Assembly (NCBI GenBank): GCA_021613535.1
Contig: CP075494.1
Coordinates: 15,066,001 to 15,130,000, forward strand
Length of the DNA: 64,000 nt
Direction of reading: 5' to 3'
Origin: Adineta vaga
Taxonomy: Eukaryota; Animalia; Rotifera
Positions 53,660-64,000 of this stretch are shown here, one piece after another. The notes beneath the pieces are model-generated. The model saw only the letters and a program-made list of their open reading frames with translations. It was not told the origin of the DNA and did not search any database. The first letter of the stretch is position 1. Every line of letters starts with the position of its first letter. The translations under genes and the position numbers were made by a program.

Positions 53660-54651
53660 ATGTCGACGTTAGGTGATCTTCAAAGATCTCTAACTCGTTA
53701 TGGAATGAGCAGTTATTTAATTCTTGGAAATATTGGTAATGTGATCAATATATTCGTTTTTTGTCAAAAAGAACATCGAAAAAATTCTTGTTCTCTTTAT
53801 CTTCTCATCGCATCATTCATCAATATATTTATTATTAATTATGGAATTATTCCAACACTTTATTCTCTCGATTATCCTAATCCAGAATTATATTCAATCA
53901 CATTTTGTAAATTACGTCTTTATTTGTTACATTCAGCTCTGATGATCAGTCGATCATTAGTTGTTCTTGCTTGTATGGATCGTTGTGCATTGAGTTCTGC
54001 ATCACAACATATACGATCATATTGTAAACGAAAAATAGCAGTTCGTCTTATTATTTGTGTGATCTTTGCTGGTTAATTATCTCTTTACATATACCTGTTT
54101 TATTAACAATTCAATCTGGACGTTGTAGTACATTTGGTACATACAGTTTGATCTATAGTATTTATTCTTTTCTTGTTGCTGGTCTTCTTCCACCAATATT
54201 AATGATTATCTTTGGATTCAAAACAATACGTCATCTTCATCAAATTCGTAATAGAGTTCGAACAAATGATCCTAGCACGTATTCACATATTCATCAAAGA
54301 GATTATAATTTAATGATTATGTTATCATGGGAAGTAATTATTTATCTTATTTCAACAATACCATATCCAATTCAAACACTCTATTTAACAGTAACAAGTA
54401 ATCTTATAAAAACAACATTACGCCTTCAAATTGAATCGTTTATTACTTTTATGGCATATTCTTTTCTTATTTATATCAATAGTGCTTCGACATTTTTTGT
54501 CTATGCTAGCACATCACGTACATTTCGTGAAGAATGTAAACGCTTATTTATACGAACTAGACAACTTCCAATTATGACAACACGAATTGATCACATCAAT
54601 CGTACTAATCATTCAATAACGCAACAACGGCGAATAAAAGATCGATGTTGA
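53660..54651 (+). CDS. Intronless orphan class A GPCR, split by a 1-nt frameshift at ~54066
   Basis: GNIGNVINI and CMDRC in the first ORF; TM4-7 and FFVYASTSRTFREE in the second. Same family as 2022-3083. Confidence 0.82.
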
Positions 54652-55277
54652 TACCAATTCTTTTTCACATTCGTTTATCTAAGCATTCTGAATGAAACTT
54701 TATAAAACTAAATTACATGTTGTATTTGGTAGAAATTCTATCGTGTGTTGTTCAATAAACGTTATTAACATTATTAATTTTCCTTAAAGCAATGGACGTT
54801 CTATTATCATCTTTCAACAGGTAAACAGAAGATGCACTGAAGTTAGTTAGCGAAAGAAAAAGAATTAGAGTATTTCTATTTCGGTTCGGATGTACAAGTG
54901 GATTCTGTTATCAACGATAGAGATATGTTCGGACTTCGGAGAGATCGCTAATTAAACTTCTTTTGCTATTTGTGAAATGATAATTTTTGTTACTGTCGAG
55001 AATCATTGAAAATATTTAAGTAAGAGTAAGTCTCGGAATATTGCTACAGAGGACATGTTCCTTATCATGAATAAGAGAATCAGTTTGTTTACTGGAATGA
55101 TGATGAAAATATTTTAAATCTTTTCCTTCATCTTGTCGACTTTTCAAAGAGACCTTTTATACGATAATACTACTTTATGATAAATACATAGGTTAAAAAA
55201 ATATATTTTGATGCAAAAAAATGCTACGTAAAATCGAATTCAAATAGAAAAGTAAGGAAAAAATAGGTTAACATATG

Positions 55278-56750
55278 TCAGTCGTTAATCATCTGATCCA
55301 ATCTTTTTGTTGTATAATCACGTAAACTTTCCAATATATTCATTGGAATAACAGGATCTGTTCCAACATACATAACTGATAATATTCCATTAACAGTTTG
55401 AATTGTAGTAAATGGCATAGCTCCGCGATTCATATTAACAAACGGAGTCATTCCCATGAGTTTCCATTGTCCATATTGTTCGTTAAATGGTAGAACGCCC
55501 CAACTAGATACACCTGAAGTAGGCAATTCTTTCAAATTTATTTCAGCTAATGTTTTCTGATATAGTTTTCCCATGATCAAACCAAGAGCAAGAGTTTGAC
55601 CAACATCAACACATGATTTCATATGCTGTGCAAAATTCTTAGCAAGTTCCCATGTATCTTCAGTTGTGTTTGGTATGTCACTCGTTGGCAATGTAAACGA
55701 CATTATACCTGACACATGATAACGAAGCTCATGGTTAGGAATAGGTGGTATACATCGTCGACGAGTATCGGCTCCGATAGAAAAATTCAATAGAGTTGTT
55801 TGATTTTCTTCAGATTTGGCTAATGTTGAAAGAGCACATAAAATAGCAGCAGACACTGCTGAAGTTACAGTTACGCCTTTTTGACGACATTTTTCTACTA
55901 ATTTTTGAGTATCTTCTTTGTTTAATGAACTATAACACATTTCAGTGTGAGAATGATTGACCAAATCACTTAATGGAAAGTCAATTGTTGCTAAAGGTAT
56001 TCTGGCAAACGATAATCTATTTGTTGAACGTATATAAATCATTGATACTATAAATCGAGTAAGTGATAAAACTCTACCGAACATTGAAAGGCTATTTTGA
56101 ATAGCTGTTTCCATTGTTGATGGCCAATCTAATGAATTCTGAAACATATTTTCATTTTCACCAGTTAAAGCGATAAGAAGTTCGTGTGCTAAATTACTGA
56201 GTGATAAACCATCACAAATAGAATGTTCAGCTACGATAACAATCTCACGTGGACTATTACTGTCATTGTTATCTTCTGAATCCTAAAAACAAAATAGCTT
56301 ATCATATATGTATATACATGCAAAAGTTTATTTTGATTTTGATTTACCTGAAGAAGCCAAAATTGAAAGAGTCCTTCACCAATAGCTGTTGTATCTCGTT
56401 CTCGTTCTCGCCATTCTTGACGCCAAAAAGTTTGATAATCAGCACGTTTGCGTGGTATTTCTCGAATTTTCAATTGAACTGTTTCATCTTCCTCAAGAAA
56501 AAACTGTCCGACTTTTCAATGTCATTCGAAGACGACATCGTAAAGTTGGATGACGACGTTGTAAATGCTGAATGGCAATCGATAATGCATCGAAAGAAAT
56601 ATAAGGACCTTGAAGATGCAAGACTTCACCAAGTTTTAAAGATCCTTGGTAGCGATGAGAAGCTTGCATAAGTGAATTCTCTGCTGAACCAAGTGGATGT
56701 TGTTTGGGATTAACATCAGTCGATGCAGTTTGACGAAACCACGAAAACAT
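55278..56750 (-). CDS. Condensation-domain / alcohol acetyltransferase (PapA5-like) acyltransferase; one intron; frameshift at ~56500-56527
   Basis: LGSAEN, LQRRHPTLR, spliced EHSICDGLS (HxxxDG), CRQKGVTVTSA, ADTRRR and SSWG. Confidence 0.8.
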
Positions 56751-57403
56751 TTGTTTGTAATTCAATAAAAATAAAAATGAATAATGTTTAGTGAAAAAGA
56801 AATGTACAAAACTCAATAGAAACTATTCCTATATAAATGTCAACTTATTTAGATGATATGACCTTTATTGCCACGTCGACAACCGGCATGTGTTCTGTGT
56901 TGACTCATTTTTGTTTTTCTTTCAAGATTTGACAAGGTAAGTAAGACAGTATGAGAAGAAAAAAATGTACCGAGATGTTTGACTCATAATATAAAGAACA
57001 AAGTTACGCTAACGACATGTTAAACTATATCATGAGAAACATGAAATTCCTTTTGATAATCTTAATAAAGATACATTTATAGGTCAATTATTGAAAATGC
57101 TTTTCAGAGAATTATAGGCATGAGCAAATCGATTTGACAAATTCTAAATCACGTAGACATAAAGCAATTACGAGAAATTCAGATATTTACAACTAACTAA
57201 CAATAACAGGAATGGAGAAGAAAACAACTATATAGCAGAGTCGATGATTCTAACGAATGACATCTGTTGACAAGAGAATGATCGCTAGTTGTTCAAAATA
57301 ACCTTTATTTAGTCTTGAATAACATAATCAGATTAACATGAATATAATTTTAACAAGAAAAGAAACAACAATTAACAAATAGATGAAATCATTAACTATA
57401 TCA

Positions 57404-60400
57404 TCACCGAAATGTATCTGCTGAAGTACATCGATTCACGTAGATCGTTGCGTCACTTCCACCAATCATAGCTGGATAATGGAATGGTATCGGTGTTGAT
57501 GTTCCCGAAATATCATAATTCAGATTTCGGCGATTGGATAATCTTTCCTTCTTATAATGATAATTTGCACCTTTTGGAAAAGATGATTTCGTTGATAATT
57601 GTCTTGATATTAATAAATCATTTGATCGACAAAAGATAATATTCAAAAATGCACGTCGAAAAACATCACTAAATATTGTATAGATAAATGGATTTGCCAT
57701 TGATGAACTATAACCTAACCATGTGATAGAAAACCAAACATTTGATGATAATTTCTCTCGACATTGTTCACATACAGCTGATATAAATGTACAAATAAAA
57801 AATGGTGTCCATAATGTAATAAAAACACAAAATATAATCATTAAAACTCGCAGAGCTTTACGTTCATTGGCAGCAACAATATCTTCCACTCGAACACGAT
57901 GATGTTGCTGATGACTTGAAACTGTGGGAAAGAATTTTGATTGATAACGATACATAATCGATGATGAATCGGAAGAATTTGTATTTGTTGTTGAACTTAA
58001 TTGTTGAAATGATCTGGGAGAATTGGCGATAACATATGCGGATTGTGAATGATATTGATGACGCCGTAAAGGTTTATAATATTGAGTTGCTGTATGACTT
58101 CGTTGTCGATTGGTTGTTGGTGCAAGACAAGATGAAGAAGTTGAGGCACGTGGACGATGTCCGATGGTTAACGCTGCTTCAAATTCGGGTTCGACAGGAC
58201 GATGACGACGAAAACTAGCGGAATAAAGATGACGCGCTTGATTCGATGATGAAGCTATGGATGAATGTTGAACAAATGAAACGGTTGATTTTGTTGAACT
58301 TTCACTTAAACGAATACGTTCCATGGGAGAATGGCGAAAGAAATTTGATAATAATGTTGTAGAATTCGATAGAATCTGGCGATTAAATGGAAATAATCGA
58401 CGTTTTGATGAATTTTGTTCATAAATAGTCGTTGGAATGGTGATTTCTATTGGTGAATTCGTTTGTGTTGAAACAGAACGATGTGTTTTAATGGATGTTA
58501 TATATATTGATGATGTTGATGTTGATTGATGAAATTTTAATGAATTTTCAATAGCAAATGGTCGTAATCGATATGGAAAGAAGAAAATATAATATTGACG
58601 AATAAATTCAATGATTAACGTACAATATTTCCATGGAATTGTAAGAAATATTGATTCATTCAAACAAGATATCGACGAATGTTGAGATGCTGATGCAATT
58701 TGTACGTAACGTGTATCATGAAGTTCATCTAAATTACAAAAAAAGATATTTTGACATTCGTAATCAAATAGATTTGGATAAAAATAGTTCAGGTCATTGT
58801 TCTGTTCATAAATATGAACTATTTTTACAAACGTAATCATTCGATGTATTCTAAGATAACAAAAATAGTCATGAATATATGCTTATTAGATATGCTTCAT
58901 AATTCTACTAAATAATAATCGGAAAAATCCTCTTTTGTTTCGATTGAAGATGAATAGATATTAATCAACAAGAATCTACGAGCTTTGTTTGCAAGGAAGA
59001 AAAAGAGCATTTATAGCTTTTTCAAATCTGATTTACTTACTTTCACTATTGACATCTAATGTTGAACTTGAATCTTCTTCAACAACGGGAACAATTTCAT
59101 TTGTATCTTTAGAAATTAGATTCGACAAATTTCGTGTAGATTCATCCATTTCAACCACTTGTAATTCATTTGGAACAAGTGATTTTCTTTTAATATTATT
59201 GCTAATAATCGTTGAAACATCATAAGAACTTGATGTTGATTTCGAATATTCTGTTATTTCATAAACTGTACTCATATCAAGAGAATTTTTCGTTGGATTT
59301 ATTGTTATCGCTTGTTGTTGTTGTTGTTGTTGCTGTTGTTGATAACGTCGTTTCTTACTTCCACTATATTTCATATAACTAATGGTTAAATGTTGAGAAT
59401 TATGATGATGATGATGATTATCCATATTGATTCCATTTGTAAGTGTTAACGAATTTGTATCCTCTTGTAAATTTCCATTGGATTGATTTGGAGAAAAGAA
59501 TTGTGCACGAGAATCAGTTGGTGATGTTGACGTTATGATTGTATAAGGAGTTTTATTTAAAAGAGAATTTGTACGATTCATTGGCAAAGTTGTTGGTAGA
59601 GATGGCATGGAAGATTTTTTTGTTGACGATGTTCGTCGAATTCCATGAGCAATTTCAGCATATTGATTTATAATTTGTGCTAATGGTCGAAATGTTTGTT
59701 TTCGTCGTCTTTCACGATCATATTTTTTTTTATTAACTAAAACATTTCTTAATGAACGCATTGTTAATGCATATGTTGTAATCATAATTAGAAACGGAAT
59801 ATAAAATGCAAAAATTGAACCATAAATTTTAAATAAAGGATTCGTTGGTGCACAAACACCATCGGATAGAACATTATTTTTATCGACAATACCTAAAACA
59901 AATATAGGCGACGACACAGCAGCACTTATTGCCCAAACAGCAATGATTTTTAATAACATTATTCGACGCGTTTTATTTCTTCCATAACGAAATGGAAAAC
60001 GTATAGTAAAATATCGATCCATCGACATTGTACTCATATGCCAAATTGATGATGTACAACATAGAACATCGATAGTTGCAAATATAATACAAGCATAATG
60101 AGGTAAGGGAAAGTATCCTAAGACTTCGGAAATCATTCCAATTGGCATGACTAGAATAGCAACAAGACAATCGGCAATCGCTAATGACATAAGAAAATAA
60201 TTGGTCGTATTTTGTAATTTTCTTTCGCGTGCAATGGCTAAACATACAAGTAGATTGCCAGCGGCAGTTATAAAAATGACTAGAATAGAAGACAAAAAAC
60301 AATAATGAAATATTTCTTATTAATGTCACGTTTTGTCAAAAATGTATTTCCGATCTGATTTGAATTTATTCAACATAGGAAATCAGATAAACTTGTCGTC

Positions 60401-60503
60401 GATTAATCTGATTAGATATGTTTACATATGTCGAATTCAATAGTATTCCTAAATCTTTAAGAAAATGATACTTACTAATAACTAATAAGAAACGATACCA
60501 CAT
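57404..60503 (-). CDS. Serotonin 5-HT2-like receptor with a very long third intracellular loop; intron 58729-59040; 5' end uncertain
   Basis: GNLLVCLAI..ERKLQNTTNYFLMSLAIAD, DVLCCTSSIWHM..SMDRY, ANERKALRVL, WTPFF and WLGYSSSMANPFIY. Confidence 0.88.
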
Positions 60504-62655
60504 TATTCGAATAGGTTCAGAATTTACTAATGTTAAATTTCGTTCATTAATGATCCGAATAGTCGATGATGATGAAGTTGTATTTTTCTTAACAAAAACA
60601 AAAACAAAAACGAAAATAACAATAACATACATTTATATCAATTATCATTGAAGACAAAAAAAAAGAATCTTTTCATCATATCTCTACTCGATCAAACATT
60701 GATTGAAAGCAAAGGAGATTTTCTCGCTCGTATTCTCTTCATCATCATTTTGACAAGTGATAATAAGAAAGCCGATGAATTCTTCGTTTCTCGACACTCT
60801 CTAGTTTTTCTTTTCTTTTTCTTCGTCTCCTTTCTCTTCATTCTATTGCCGGAACTTTCTATTATCGTTTGTTTTATAATAATGATATTACTAATGCTAT
60901 GTCACTTGAAATACCAGGCAAAATAAGTAAAGATTTAGCCTAGTTCTTTTTCTATTCTTGATTACGAACGGACATGAAAATAAAGAATAAGTAGAAAATT
61001 TTGCTCAGTCGAAGAGATTGTCGAAAAACTCAGTTGAAATAAGGTAAATAGATGAACTTCGACTAAGAATGAAATGAATCTTTGAATTGTCATTTAAGAA
61101 TACTTAATATTGACATATTCTCTCATTAAAATTCAAGTGAATATCGGAAATACTTACTAAAATTAAATGACGCACGATAGAGAATGACGATGATGAATTA
61201 ATTATATTCGACATTGTATGAAAGTTGTTTTTATTTAAAAAAATTAAATCTACAACGTTATATATTTGTTTGAAAATGATAATCGAGCTTTGCTTTTGTT
61301 TTCGAGTATTGTAAAAAACATAAGAAATGCAGTTTCTCTTCGATGAATCGTATAACTAAATGATAAAGAATGTTCTTCGTCTCTTCTTCTTCTTCTTCTT
61401 CTTCTTCCTTTCAGTCTCTTAACGAATAGATGCGTGATGACTTGGGATAAATAATTAGAAGGTGTGTTCTAAGATTTTCAAAGAAAAAAAAGGTTATTAT
61501 CCTACCAATTGTGCCTGGGTGATAAGAGAAAAGAAAGAAATTGCTGATCTTTCTTTGAACAAATAAGACGTAGACTTAATTATTCTTTTTATAATTATCG
61601 ACATATTCATATATTCCTGGATAGAAAGAAAAATACCTTGATTTTTACAATGAAAAACAAATACGGTCACATTCGAAAAGACTTATTCAAATAGAAGATA
61701 CGATCATCATCAGAAAGTTTAACATTGAAAAAGATAAAAATAATCAATGGTTTGAAGAAATTATTCATTATGGAACGAGGTATATAAAACTAATCTATCT
61801 AAAATTAGAAATATCTATTCAATGAAATATTCAATTTCATTATAATTATTTCAGACATTCTTAATAGAAAAGGTTCTACATTTAGAAAGAAAGAAAGAAA
61901 AAAAAGAAAATGATTTTTTATAATAGATATCTTGATAGGTCTCGATTTGATTCATAAATTATTAATAGAATGTATGAATAGTAATCTAGAACTATAAATA
62001 TATATATAAGTCCAGGAAATTCTTCATAGTTCATTTAAACACGCACATTGAACTGTGAACCCTGTTTATCTCATGAGATTTTCAATACATAAGAATCTTA
62101 ATGACAAAATCAAATTTATCTTTGAAAAAATTTTCTTCGAATATCTTCTTATCCTAGTTTATGTCTTACATGAGAGAAAAGATAATACAGAAAATTCAAT
62201 TTCGTCATATATGATTAATCATCCATGTGTTTTTCTTTTTATCACTGTCAATTATTAATTACCGATCATGTTTTTCAATACGGATAGAAAACAAACATAG
62301 TCGCAAATTGATTGATCAAGTGAAACAACTTTCGAGTGAATAATCGTTATCATTGGAATAATATAAGAATGACAAAGACTATATGTTATGTAGAATATTC
62401 AGAAGAAGAAGAAAGATATTATAGACAAGATTTGAATTATTTATTTTCATCATTAGATTATTTTTAGTAATATCTCATTAATAATATTCCGACATATTCT
62501 ATTGTACATATCGTTCATAAAGTAAAATATGTATTCTCAATGATGATTGGTTACCTGTTCATATCATACCTATTGAAGAAAAGGAGACCTATCAAATACG
62601 TATTGGTTGATATGACTAATAACTGATTATATGAATATTTTGTTTGATTGTATAG

Positions 62656-64000
62656 GAAAATATTTCCTTGATAGAAATTGGATTCAATTGAACGATTAAT
62701 GAATTCATCAATGAATAATAAACAAGATGTTACTGAACAAATTCTTTTTTGTCAAAATGGTATTACTAATTTGAACGTATCATCAAAGAAAAACATTCTT
62801 ACAGATGTGAATCATATCAAATCAATTGAAGAAACAAAATCTGTCGATGAAAGATTAGTTGTCGATATTCTTTCGAATGAATATCAATATAATACATCAT
62901 CATTTGAACTTCATACAGTTCAACAATGTTGTATAGTATCAATAATCTCTCCACGTGCATTTACGATTCAATTAACTCGAAATCTAGTTGAATGTGAAGA
63001 ATTCTATCAAAATATGAAGTAAATACAGATGATTATAATTTCATTATCTTCTAAATTTCTTTTCTTGTTTAGTAATTATTATAATTCAATTGATGATCTT
63101 CAAATTCCTCAAGAATATTTACGTAAAAATCTTCTTTGTGTTACTTATGATGAATCTATTCATTGTTGGAATCGTTCTCAAATTATGGAATATGATTTAT
63201 ATGAAGATACTGTCAATGTTTTCTTTGTTGATTTAAATTCTTGGCAAGAAAATATTTCACGTTCACGTATTCGATTTATTTTAACAAAATATTCTTCTCA
63301 ACCTGTTTATATATTAACATGTCGTTTAGCAGCGATTGATTCATTGCATAATTCCAGTGAATGGACTGATGTAGTAACAAAAACATTTCAAAATGTTATT
63401 CAGCATTGTCAATGTGATGTTGAACCATTATTGAAACGATGTGATAATATGTTTTATGTGAATTTATTTGCCGCACATGATGAAGCATATGTTTGTATTA
63501 ATGATTTTTTAATTCATTGTCAAATGGCAAAACCTGCTGATGATAATATTAATGAAGTAAATTCTGTAAGAACAAAATCAAATTGACTTTCAAGATAAAG
63601 TTAATTTTTCGTTTGTTTGAAGATGATTATGTTCGATGATAATGGACAACCTATGCATGCAATGATGGCACTCTATTGGAAAGCAGAAGTGTAAGTTTAT
63701 TGATAAGAGAGATTTAGCTAAGACGAAAATTGAAATTCTTTTTCTTTAGAACGATATCCGAACCAGAAGTATCTATTAAAAAGCGAGATGATGATCGTCA
63801 ATCGAATGCTTCTACAGCATCTTCGCAAACAAAATATTCATCTCTGATAAGAGTGATTTTCATCAATGAAAAAGATAAAATAATATTTGCAAGATATAAA
63901 TCTTATATTATGTTGCCCTGGTTTACTCTATCAACTATTCTAAATGAAGCAAATGAAGAGAAAATAAAAAGTCTAGTGAGTTCTCTTAGAAAGAATATGT
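62656..64000 (+). CDS. Extended Tudor-domain protein, partial (5' exons unresolved; continues past the window)
   Basis: VSIISPRAFTIQL, LCVTY..WNRSQI..VNVFFVD, CRLAAI and WT..F; successive GT-AG exons stay open to 63975. Confidence 0.72.

Noticed and set aside
61381-61410. (CTT)n microsatellite, and similar GA/GAA tracts elsewhere
   Set aside because: Ordinary short simple repeats with no further structure.

Overview
AT-rich, gene-dense eukaryotic DNA with many ~50-65 nt GT-AG introns. Gene content suggests a bdelloid rotifer (inference): metazoan housekeeping and neural genes interleaved with bacterial/fungal-type genes, intronless orphan GPCRs and a divergent F-box. Recognisable genes include an ART fragment, sPLA2, a stand-alone cholesterol-dependent-cytolysin D4-like protein, two orphan GPCRs, a YihY protein, GM2A-like, CNNM, NOMO, MPC2, a beta-1,4-Gal/GalNAc transferase, KRTCAP2, Deltex-like, DUSP12, PLPPR-like, AKR, ELOVL, LARS1, an HxxxDG acyltransferase, a 5-HT2-like receptor and a Tudor protein. 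The most interesting structures are invisible in the ORF track. (1) A minus-strand F-box/LRR gene is built from 13 near-identical intron+84-nt-exon cassettes plus a capping exon; variation is concentrated at the predicted ligand-facing LRR positions and is shuffled between cassettes. It lies in a ~7 kb repeat-littered insert bracketed by a direct duplication of the NOMO 3' end. (2) A neuropeptide precursor carries exactly one peptide per phase-0 micro-exon. (3) A cadherin-like gene occurs as an inverted pair ~12.5 kb apart, with a near-identical core and diverged flanks. (4) A knottin-like prepropeptide is present. Several 1-2 nt deletions break otherwise intact genes, including LARS1, and are probably consensus errors. 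All exon coordinates were read by eye.
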